Virus record (IMG/VR): IMGVR_UViG_3300010366_000042
Location: 1-30,735 of that record
Source of the DNA: a virus
Taxonomy: Duplodnaviria > Caudoviricetes
Length of the DNA: 30,735 nt
Strand: one strand, 5' to 3'
The notes under the pieces are model-generated. The model had not been told where the DNA came from and did no database searches. It was given only the letters and a program-made list of their open reading frames with translations. Positions within the stretch are counted from its first letter, which is position 1, and each line of letters starts with the position of its first letter. Both the position numbers and the translations under genes were made by a program. Of the stretch, positions 1-6,947 are shown piece after piece.

Positions 1-113
1 CAGGCTTCCTTTTCGTCCGCGTGGAGGACGCACGCGCCGCCCGCATCGACCTCACACTGGGGTGCGTGCCATGCCATTGCTCGTTCGTTCAGCGTCTGAT
101 CTTTGGTAGACAT
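1..113 (-). CDS. Hypothetical protein, runs off the left end (MSTKDQTLNERAMAWHAPQCEVDAGGACVLHADEKEA...)
   Basis: Not in the ORF track. ATG at 113 follows TAAGGAG-TGAT, which overlaps the upstream stop; the frame stays open to position 1. Confidence 0.6.
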   Translation of the reverse strand, partial: MSTKDQTLNERAMAWHAPQCEVDAGGACVLHADEKEA

Positions 114-121
114 ATCACTCC

Positions 122-382
122 TTATGGTGACCAAACCCACTCAGTATCGGCGAAGACATACCGATCCGAATTCTGGCCGGTCTGCTCTTTGACCCGTCGC
201 CGCCACTCTCGCAAGACCTCATTACAGTCGCACAGAAACATCGGCCCACCCCCGGCCTCGCCATCAGGAACGCAGCTACAGCGGCGGTGATGCGGTGGGC
301 TGGCCGTGCCGATTTCGTCCTGTATGCGCCAGCCGGTTGGGTAGTCGCACATGTCCGTGCGCACTTCAGTTTTGGTCACCAT
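122..382 (-). CDS. Small Cys-rich hypothetical protein (CSC/CDC, possible Zn binding); start at 382 or 352
   Basis: Fills the gap between the DUF5131 stop (402) and the next gene. The 547 start in the track overlaps DUF5131 and is unlikely. Confidence 0.55.
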   Translation of the reverse strand: MVTKTEVRTDMCDYPTGWRIQDEIGTASPPHHRRCSCVPDGEAGGGPMFLCDCNEVLREWRRRVKEQTGQNSDRYVFADTEWVWSP

Positions 383-401
383 AACGGCACTAATATCTAC
401 C

Positions 402-1214
402 TCAGGCTGCGAGCGCAATCCGTGGCTGTGGGAACTGCTTCCGCTCGTAGCCGTCGAGCAGGCAGCCGCCGTCGTCGTGGTGCAGGCCGCCAACCTGCTT
501 GAAGAAGTGCGCCACGCCAAAACCGCCGCACTGGTGGTCGAGGTCACGCACCCACTCGATGTCGAACGGCCGATGGTGGGCGCCTGACTCGCCGCCGGTG
601 ATCACCCAGTTGATGCGCGGCATCCAGCGTGCCAGGTTCAGCGGTCCGAGCAGCGGCTCCGCGCTGACGAAGTGGACGGCCGCGGGCACCTCGAGCAGCG
701 CTTCGATGCGCGGCTCAGCCCACTTCTGGAACTCCACGCTCGTACCCAGCCAGACGTTCGGCCGCGGGTGGCGCAGCCATTCGGCTGGCAGCATGCGCTT
801 GATGTTCATCGGTCGCTTCGTGAGCAGCAGCCAGTCAAGCATGGGTGTCTGCTCGATCATGCGCCAGAGTCGCTGGCGAGCGTGATCCAACTCCGGGTGG
901 AACTCAAAGATGTCGGCCATGCTGGCGCAGAACACCAGCCTCCGCTGGGTGCCACGTACCGACGGCAGCCATCTCTTCGTCCAACTGGTGTCATTCGCCG
1001 CGGCTTTGGCGTTCCAGCGGATCGGGGACTTCCAGTTGACCTCGCCAGTCACCAGCCTGTTGCTCTTGCCGGGTGGTCCCCAGTAACCAGGGCCGCGCGT
1101 GTAGTTCGTCCAGGTTCGCGCGTAGCAGTTGTCGCAGCCCTCGCTGACTTCGTTGCAGCCCCACCATGCGTTCCAGGTGTGGTCGGTCCAGTAGATACGT
1201 GTGGTGTCACCCAT
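402..1214 (-). CDS. DUF5131 / phage Gp37-Gp68 family three-Cys protein (radical-SAM-like)
   Basis: Motifs TRIYWTDHTWNAWWGC-x6-C-x2-CYA, VFCASMADIF, LLLTKRP, NVWLGTSVE, FVSAEPLLG, WVITGGESG, FFKQVGG; RBS GAGGAG. Confidence 0.92.
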   Translation of the reverse strand: MGDTTRIYWTDHTWNAWWGCNEVSEGCDNCYARTWTNYTRGPGYWGPPGKSNRLVTGEVNWKSPIRWNAKAAANDTSWTKRWLPSVRGTQRRLVFCASMADIFEFHPELDHARQRLWRMIEQTPMLDWLLLTKRPMNIKRMLPAEWLRHPRPNVWLGTSVEFQKWAEPRIEALLEVPAAVHFVSAEPLLGPLNLARWMPRINWVITGGESGAHHRPFDIEWVRDLDHQCGGFGVAHFFKQVGGLHHDDGGCLLDGYERKQFPQPRIALAA

Positions 1215-2037
1215 CGGTTGGTTTCTCCTCGAGTGTGCGCTTCATGCGCGCGAGTAGATCGGTGTACTGCTTCGGCTGGATGGTCGAGACATCCGCGAAC
1301 TGCTGCCACGCGCGGACGCGATCGAGCACCTCGTCTTTGCTCGAGCGGCGGAGCTCTACCACGAAGCGCGAGTCAACATTGATGATGTTGTCATCGTGGT
1401 GCTCCTTGGGTTCGTACAGGTACTCAGCCTGTGTCGGTGCAAAAGGGTTGCCGGTGGCGATCGCGTCTACGAACCACACCTCGTTGCGCGCGGAGTAGCG
1501 GCTGTCCTGTCCGTACGTCACCTGCTGGTGGACTGGCAGCCACAGCCCGTCGCCACACAGCAGCACCGCGTCGTGCTCGATCACGCTCTGCTCGCGATCG
1601 CGTAGCGCGCGCCACTGTGCCCAGATGCCCTGCGGGCACTGCTCGGGGTGCAGTACGCCCACCGACTGCAGCACCAGGCTGTCACGATCGCGTCCGAGCG
1701 CGGCCACCAGCGCGTCCGATACCCAGCGGATCTGCGCGGTCACGCCGTCAATGAGCGACACGAGGTGGTCGGCAAGCGGGGGTGGCCACGGCACGCCGCA
1801 AGCAGCCACGTAGCCGTTGAACGTCGGCATGCTGAGGTCCATGTGGCCCGTCGGACCGGCGAAGAGCGTCTTCTTCCTCAGGCCGCGGTAGTAGGGCGAC
1901 TGATCCCGCCACTTGATCGTGCGGTACAGCTCGTCCATGAAGTGCTCGGGTGCCCACTTCGGCTGGCCTGGTTCAGGCCCAGGCGGGTTTTGCCAGAATG
2001 GTCGATCCTGCTTCTGTCCATCGCCTGCGGTATGCAT
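1207..2037 (-). CDS. Hypothetical protein (276 aa), overlapping the DUF5131 start
   Basis: Long ORF with protein-like composition; its stop overlaps the DUF5131 start; AAGGGAG upstream. No family recognised. Confidence 0.75.
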   Translation of the reverse strand: MHTAGDGQKQDRPFWQNPPGPEPGQPKWAPEHFMDELYRTIKWRDQSPYYRGLRKKTLFAGPTGHMDLSMPTFNGYVAACGVPWPPPLADHLVSLIDGVTAQIRWVSDALVAALGRDRDSLVLQSVGVLHPEQCPQGIWAQWRALRDREQSVIEHDAVLLCGDGLWLPVHQQVTYGQDSRYSARNEVWFVDAIATGNPFAPTQAEYLYEPKEHHDDNIINVDSRFVVELRRSSKDEVLDRVRAWQQFADVSTIQPKQYTDLLARMKRTLEEKPTDG

Positions 2038-2050
2038 CGGGCATAACTCT

Positions 2051-2106
2051 CCCTTGGATACCCGTCTGACTGCTCTGGCTGATGCGGGTTCCAGAGGGTC
2101 CCCAGT
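2051..2106 (-). promoter_or_regulatory. Candidate cis-regulatory RNA structure over the RBS of the 276-aa/DUF5131 operon
   Basis: 2085-2098 can pair with 2051-2064 (13 bp, one bulge per side) and cover part of the SD; an alternative hairpin CUCUGG/CCAGAG forms from 2091-2096 and 2073-2078. Confidence 0.4.
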
Positions 2107-2263
2107 GTCCGCCGTACTCCCGGAAAATGGTTCAGTCTCGAACGGTAAAAAGTTCGCGATCTGGCGGTGTCTTTACCCTGCCCTAGCACTTACTTTCACC
2201 GATCCGAAGGGCGACGTCAAGCAGGACAGCCGGGAGCCCTGAGATTGACTCGGATCGTGCCGG

Positions 2264-2452
2264 CTACTGGAGGTCGCGCGGACGCAGTTTGAGGGCGCGC
2301 GCCAGCTTGCGCACGCTGGACGGACGGATCGCCTTGCCCTGCTCACCGCGCATGACGGTGACCGGACTCACACCTGCCCGTGCGGCCAGATCCGCCTGAC
2401 TCAGCGCCGCCAGCAACCGCTGCCCACGCAGTTGCGGCACAAGCACCAGCAT
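2264..2452 (-). CDS. XRE/Cro-CI family HTH regulator (about 62 aa)
   Basis: LRGQRLLAALSQADLAARAGVSPVTVMRGEQGK...VRKLARAL is an HTH_3 pattern. ATG 2452 preferred over the GTG at 2488. Confidence 0.85.
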   Translation of the reverse strand: MLVLVPQLRGQRLLAALSQADLAARAGVSPVTVMRGEQGKAIRPSSVRKLARALKLRPRDLQ

Positions 2453-2516
2453 ATGACTACTCGACTCGACAGTTATCACGCCACTCACCTTTACTGTCTC
2501 TTCGCCTCACCTTTGT

Positions 2517-2538
2517 TCTGTATTGCAGGTAATACAGA
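2517..2538. promoter_or_regulatory. Candidate operator TCTGTATT-N6-AATACAGA in the divergent switch region
   Basis: Perfect 8-bp inverted repeat in the AT-richer gap between the divergent XRE and RHH genes. Confidence 0.5.
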
Positions 2539-2647
2539 CTACTGCCCGTACCGTATCACTGGGCATTGCCTGGGCATACTGGTTTTGGTTCAGTCTTTAT
2601 AACTTCTCCGAACCATTTACTTGGCCGCGGTTCCACACTTCGCGGCC

Positions 2648-2830
2648 ATGGAGTCACCTACCCGCATTTCACAGCGGGTCTTCAGGGTCAGCATGCGGGA
2701 GGAGCTCTACGAGCGGTTGCTCGAATGGGCTCTCGAGGAACGCACTGACCCGAAGAGCCTCGCCAGCGTCATCCTCGAGCGCGCCGCGCGCCGCTGGAAA
2801 CCAAAGAGCATGCCGCGGCGGGCAGCATGA
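2648..2830 (+). CDS. Small DNA-binding protein, ribbon-helix-helix (Arc/CopG)-like
   Basis: RVFRVSMREELYERLLEWALEERTDPKSLASVILERA fits a strand-helix-helix pattern; first gene of the plus operon; ATGA overlap with the next gene. Confidence 0.6.
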   Translation: MESPTRISQRVFRVSMREELYERLLEWALEERTDPKSLASVILERAARRWKPKSMPRRAA

Positions 2831-3039
2831 CGCTCGCCGACGAGCGGCCCGTCCTGCCCGACGATGTCTACGAGGAGTGGGTCGCTCACCCTGACAAGCG
2901 CGCCTTCGTCCTGCACCGCGAACAAGCGAAGTACGTCAACCAGTCCGGCTGGTGGCGCTCTGGCTGGACCGGCACTGAGGAACAGGTAGCGCGCTTCAAG
3001 GCGCGGCACTGGGTCGAACGCGGTGAGGTCGCGGCATGA
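2827..3039 (+). CDS. Hypothetical protein (70 aa)
   Basis: ATGA overlaps on both sides. Confidence 0.7.
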   Translation: MTLADERPVLPDDVYEEWVAHPDKRAFVLHREQAKYVNQSGWWRSGWTGTEEQVARFKARHWVERGEVAA

Positions 3040-3503
3040 CCGCGATCGTCGGCGCCTTCGCGGTACTCGCTACCGTGGTCGGTGCCGATGGCCAGGTCAC
3101 CTCGTGGCCGGACAGCGTCGATGCCGACACGATCGCGGCGGCCGCGGAGGCGAACGTCGGCCTCGTGCCGCTGCTCGGCGCGATGGCCAGCACCCATCTC
3201 GGGGCGCGCGACTACCTGATCAGCGTGGGCGAGATCGACGCGCCGGTGCTCGAGCCGCCGCCGCGCTACGCCGCCCAGGTGGCGTGCATCGAGTCAAAGG
3301 AATCGGGCGGCGCCAACGTCTGGAACAAGAACGGATCCGGCGCGGGTGGGGTGTTGCAGTACATGGAATCGACGTTCCGCCGCGGAGCGCTCGAGCTCGG
3401 TCATCCCGAGTGGTCGCGCTGGACACCGTGGCAGGCGCGTCTCGTGGCTGCCCACGACCTCGCTCTGGGCCGTCGTCGGCAGTGGACCGTGTCGGGCTGC
3501 TGA
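3036..3503 (+). CDS. Lysozyme-like/Rpf-type transglycosylase with a hydrophobic N-terminus
   Basis: CIESKESGG (catalytic Glu)...NGSGAGGVLQYMESTF...QWTVSGC; N-terminus MTAIVGAFAVLATVVG; RBS GAGGT. Confidence 0.75.
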   Translation: MTAIVGAFAVLATVVGADGQVTSWPDSVDADTIAAAAEANVGLVPLLGAMASTHLGARDYLISVGEIDAPVLEPPPRYAAQVACIESKESGGANVWNKNGSGAGGVLQYMESTFRRGALELGHPEWSRWTPWQARLVAAHDLALGRRRQWTVSGC

Positions 3504-3712
3504 TGCCTGTCTACCCGACCGATGAAGCACTTCGTCGTGCTCGCCGACGCTGGCGCGAGCGGCGTCGCGCACAGGGGCTTAGCTGGGCATGCACGATCGC
3601 CTGCCACGAGCGCTGCACTGGCTGGCGTGGGCGCCTCCAACCAGCAGATCAGCCACGGATGTTGTGCGTCTGCAAGTGTCACCAGGAAGAACTTTGGGGC
3701 ACCGAGTCCTAG
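3503..3712 (+). CDS. Small Arg/Cys-rich hypothetical protein (CxxxCHxxC...CxCxCH)
   Basis: TGATG overlap at 3501-3505; this is the C-terminal part of track ORF 3023..3712. Confidence 0.6.
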   Translation: MPVYPTDEALRRARRRWRERRRAQGLSWACTIACHERCTGWRGRLQPADQPRMLCVCKCHQEELWGTES

Positions 3713-4266
3713 TGGCGTGCGAATTCAGTGGCGAGGTACGCGATGCATTCATCGCTCAGGGCTGTGACGCGTGGTCGTGCGACTTGCTGCCCAGCGAGCG
3801 CCCTGGTCCGCACATCCAGGCTGACGTGCTGAGCGTGCTCGATGAGTCGTGGGATCTGATGGTTGCGCACCCACCCTGCACGGCGCTGTGCCGCGCGGGT
3901 GACCGCTGGTACCGCCAGTCGCAAGCACGTCTGGACGCAGTGGCCTTTGTGCAGATGTTGTGGGACGCGCCGATCGGTCGTGTCGCGATCGAAAACCCCC
4001 GCGGACTGAATCGTTTCTGGAAGCCCGCCAGTCAGACCATCCAGCCGTGGATGTTCAACCATCCCGAGACGAAGACGACGCTGCTGTGGTTGCGCGGACT
4101 GCCGCCACTCATGGCAACGGTGGTCAGCACCGGGCGACAGCCACGCGTCCACTGGATGTCGCCGAGCAAGGACCGCTGGAAGGAGCGCAGTCGTACCTTG
4201 CCCGGTGTCGCCGCGGCGATGGCTGCGCAGTGGGCACCACTGCTCAAAAGTGAGGTAGCTGCGTGA
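3694..4266 (+). CDS. Short phage DNA cytosine-C5 methyltransferase-like protein (TTG start)
   Basis: RVLVACEFSG (motif I variant), DLMVAHPPC (motif IV), AIENP (motif VI), QPWMF...KTTLLW; AGGAAG upstream of TTG 3694. Confidence 0.78.
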   Translation: MGHRVLVACEFSGEVRDAFIAQGCDAWSCDLLPSERPGPHIQADVLSVLDESWDLMVAHPPCTALCRAGDRWYRQSQARLDAVAFVQMLWDAPIGRVAIENPRGLNRFWKPASQTIQPWMFNHPETKTTLLWLRGLPPLMATVVSTGRQPRVHWMSPSKDRWKERSRTLPGVAAAMAAQWAPLLKSEVAA

Positions 4267-4652
4267 TCACACGCAGGACTGGCCTGACGTACAGCCAGAT
4301 CCACAAGCTGAACGAGCACCTGCCGCCGGAATCGGAATCGAGCTTTCAGGCAGCCATCATCGACCTGGCTCGCCTGTGCCACTGGAAACGCATCTACCAC
4401 CCGTGGAGCAGCATGCACAGCGCGCAGGGGTTTCCGGACCTCACGCTGTGCAAGCCGCCGCGGCTGCTCTTCGCCGAGATCAAGACCACGAAGGGACGCG
4501 TCACATCCGCGCAGACGGGCTGGCTAGACGACCTCAGCAGCTGCCCCGGTGTCGAGGTCTATTTCTGTCAGCGGCACAACGAATGGGGCATCTGGCGACC
4601 TGCTGACTGGGACGACATCGTGGCCATCCTGCAAGGGAAGGTGCCACGGTGA
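4263..4652 (+). CDS. VRR-NUC domain PD-(D/E)xK nuclease
   Basis: SESSFQAAII...GFPDLTL...FAEIKTTKGRVTSAQTGWLDDL...WRPADW. Confidence 0.88.
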   Translation: MITRRTGLTYSQIHKLNEHLPPESESSFQAAIIDLARLCHWKRIYHPWSSMHSAQGFPDLTLCKPPRLLFAEIKTTKGRVTSAQTGWLDDLSSCPGVEVYFCQRHNEWGIWRPADWDDIVAILQGKVPR

Positions 4653-5107
4653 TCGACGGCAACTGGCTGTCGAGTAACAAGTACGACCCGCGCGCGCTCG
4701 CGCTGTACGAGCGGCACTATTCGGCGCGCCAGTACGCCGACGGGCGCAAGCGCTACCAGTTCGTGCCGCCGGGCGAGCAGATGGTCCTGCTCACGGTGTG
4801 CTGCCGCGCGCTCTTCGTGTGGGTAAAGAATATCGTCGAGCGCTACGACAAACAGGTCGGCATCAACTGCACGGTGTTTCGCAACGAGGGCGCCGGACTC
4901 TCGAGCGACCTGATCCGTGAAGCTGACGACCTCGCTTTCCAGCGCTGGCCCGGCGAGCGGCACTTCACCTACGTCGATGTCGAAAAGACGCGCCGACGTC
5001 GATCGAAACGTGCCCAGCCGGGCAAGTGCTTCATCGAGGCCGGCTGGCATCCCTGCGGCTACAGCGCCAAGGCAAACCTACTTCTTCTCGAAAGGCTACC
5101 CGCGTGA
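4649..5107 (+). CDS. Putative Mom-like GNAT-fold DNA-modification protein
   Basis: HYS near the N-terminus, VFRNEGAGLSSDLIREA, TYVD and PGKCFIEAGW..CG resemble the Mom/GNAT C-terminal pattern. Inference from memory of the family. Confidence 0.5.
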   Translation: MIDGNWLSSNKYDPRALALYERHYSARQYADGRKRYQFVPPGEQMVLLTVCCRALFVWVKNIVERYDKQVGINCTVFRNEGAGLSSDLIREADDLAFQRWPGERHFTYVDVEKTRRRRSKRAQPGKCFIEAGWHPCGYSAKANLLLLERLPA

Positions 5108-5649
5108 CTGACGTCCAGGAAGTATCACGCGCTTTTGTCCGCGCCGCGGAGCGCGGCACCACGCTGTACGAACTCTCCGCTGAGTGGAACACGCTGCTCG
5201 ACGCGCTCGAGGACGGCGAGGCAGACGAGGCGACGATCGAAGATCAGCTTGCCAAGCTGGGCGGCGCGATCAAGGAGAAGTCGGAGTCGATCGCCGGTCT
5301 GATCCGCTGGTGTGAGGGGCTCGCCGAGATGCGTAAGGCAGAAGCTAAGCGCATGACAGACGGCGCCAAACGCTTCGAGAACAAGGCCAGCTGGTTGCGC
5401 TCGTACCTGCTCCAGCACATGCGCGCCATGGAGCTCCCGAAGATCGAGACCGGTCGCTTCACGATCGCGGTGCGCCAGAACCCGCCCGCGGTCGAGGTCC
5501 TCGAGGAGATGCTCATTCCGCAGGAGTTCAAGCGCGTGGTGCAGGAGGTGGTCATCGACAAGCGCGGCATCCTCGAGCACCTGAAAACGACCGGCGAGGT
5601 GCCCGCGGGCGTGGAGATTCGCCGCGGCGAGTCACTGCGGATCTCCTGA
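5104..5649 (+). CDS. Siphovirus Gp157 family protein
   Basis: TLYELSAEW...KAEAKRM...LRSYLLQHM...KIETGRFTIAVRQNPPAVEV...IP.EF...IDKRGI...GEVPAGVEIRRGESLRI; GTGA overlap at 5104. Confidence 0.9.
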   Translation: MTDVQEVSRAFVRAAERGTTLYELSAEWNTLLDALEDGEADEATIEDQLAKLGGAIKEKSESIAGLIRWCEGLAEMRKAEAKRMTDGAKRFENKASWLRSYLLQHMRAMELPKIETGRFTIAVRQNPPAVEVLEEMLIPQEFKRVVQEVVIDKRGILEHLKTTGEVPAGVEIRRGESLRIS

Positions 5650-5870
5650 TGGATCGTCTCACCCAGGCGATCGAGCGGCTCGATCGGAAACGCGCACGCA
5701 TAAACAGAATCAGCGGCGAGTCGATCCTGCCACCGCGCAACACTGAGGTGCGCTGGGCATGCCGCAAATGCTGGCGCATCTGGTCAGAGTCCGACCTGGC
5801 GGAGCAAGGCATCTTCGATCCGTCCGACTGCCCGGTCTGTAAGACACCGCTCGATGAAGTGAGCGGATGA
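5649..5870 (+). CDS. Small Zn-ribbon protein (CRKC...CPVC)
   Basis: Two CxxC motifs; overlaps both neighbours. Confidence 0.7.
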   Translation: MDRLTQAIERLDRKRARINRISGESILPPRNTEVRWACRKCWRIWSESDLAEQGIFDPSDCPVCKTPLDEVSG

Positions 5871-6079
5871 CGATCGAGGAAGAGGCAGAGCGTGCCCATC
5901 TTGCGTCGATTCTCGACCAACTCATCTGTATCGCAATCGTCTTCGACCGCGAGCCAGAGCAGCAGCGGCGAGCACGAGCACAAACGGCTAACGAAAGACG
6001 GGCGGAGTTGGTGCAGCGCGTGCGGCGTTCGTTGGCCGTGCCTCGCGAAGGCAACAGAAGTCGCAGCAAAGCTGCCTAG
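5867..6079 (+). CDS. Hypothetical protein (70 aa)
   Basis: ATGA overlap with the upstream gene. Confidence 0.55.
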   Translation: MTIEEEAERAHLASILDQLICIAIVFDREPEQQRRARAQTANERRAELVQRVRRSLAVPREGNRSRSKAA

Positions 6080-6119
6080 CGGTGGCCCACCGGCCCAAGC
6101 GGTGGGGGAAGGCCAGTAG

Positions 6120-6917
6120 ATGCCATTGATGAGACGCGCGAACGAAGCATCGGAAGCCGAGTGGCGCCCGGTCCCCGCGGGCGTGTGGCGATTCCGCATC
6201 AACCCCGAGATCGAGGTCAAGTTCTACGAGCAATGGAACGCGTACCGCGCGCGCTTCCCGCTGCTGCTGGTGACCGATGAGCAGACACGTCTGCTCGAGG
6301 AGTACGGCAAGCCACCAGAGGGTACCCAGCAGAGCACTCGCGCGACGCCGTACATGACCGGGTTGTCGCTCGGCTGGCCAGACAAGAAGACCGGTGCGTA
6401 CAAGAGCACCAAGCTGACCGACTTCCTGGCCGCGTGCCTGGGCCAGACGAACCAGAAGCGATTCTTCGACTGGATCGCCGCCGGCGGCGGCCCGAAGAAA
6501 GCGCAGGACCCCGACAACCCCGACGAGGAGCTCCAGATGATCACCCAGTGGCTGGGCTGGTTCGAGGACCTCGAGGTGCTCGGCAGCGTCCGCCACGAAG
6601 AGGACGCCAGCGGCAACGTCTGGGCGCGCTTCGGCGGACCGATGGCTGTGGGCTCGCTGCCCAAGCAGCCGGAGGTGGAGTACCAGGCGATCGGTCTGGG
6701 CAAGCTGCGGTCGATGGTGGCGGAGTACGAGCAGAGCGCCGGCATCGTGCGTCAGCGCCCGACACCCATCAACCAGCGACAGACGGTGACAACCGCAGCA
6801 GCGACCACGGTAGTGGCGCCCAGCAGCACCAACACCGCTACGCGCACCGCCCCGCACACCTACGAAGAGATCTTCGGCGACGACAAGCCAGCCGACCAGA
6901 ACGACATCCCCTTCTAG
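6120..6917 (+). CDS. Putative single-stranded DNA-binding protein
   Basis: Low-complexity linker and acidic tail ending DDKPADQNDIPF; sits next to the primase-helicase. Confidence 0.6.
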   Translation: MPLMRRANEASEAEWRPVPAGVWRFRINPEIEVKFYEQWNAYRARFPLLLVTDEQTRLLEEYGKPPEGTQQSTRATPYMTGLSLGWPDKKTGAYKSTKLTDFLAACLGQTNQKRFFDWIAAGGGPKKAQDPDNPDEELQMITQWLGWFEDLEVLGSVRHEEDASGNVWARFGGPMAVGSLPKQPEVEYQAIGLGKLRSMVAEYEQSAGIVRQRPTPINQRQTVTTAAATTVVAPSSTNTATRTAPHTYEEIFGDDKPADQNDIPF

Positions 6918-6947
6918 TCATCCTTCAGAAAGGCGTACCCGGCGCCC

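Noticed and set aside
2517-2538. CTGT...ACAG palindrome as a LexA box
   Set aside because: The spacing is N12, not N8. GAAC/GTTC pairs near 2140 (N8) and 9636 (N2) also miss the GAAC-N4-GTTC spacing.
3589-3712. Programmed frameshift joining the 3503 ORF to the MTase-like frame
   Set aside because: An in-frame TTG at 3694 with an upstream AGGAAG explains the gene, and I see no slippery site.
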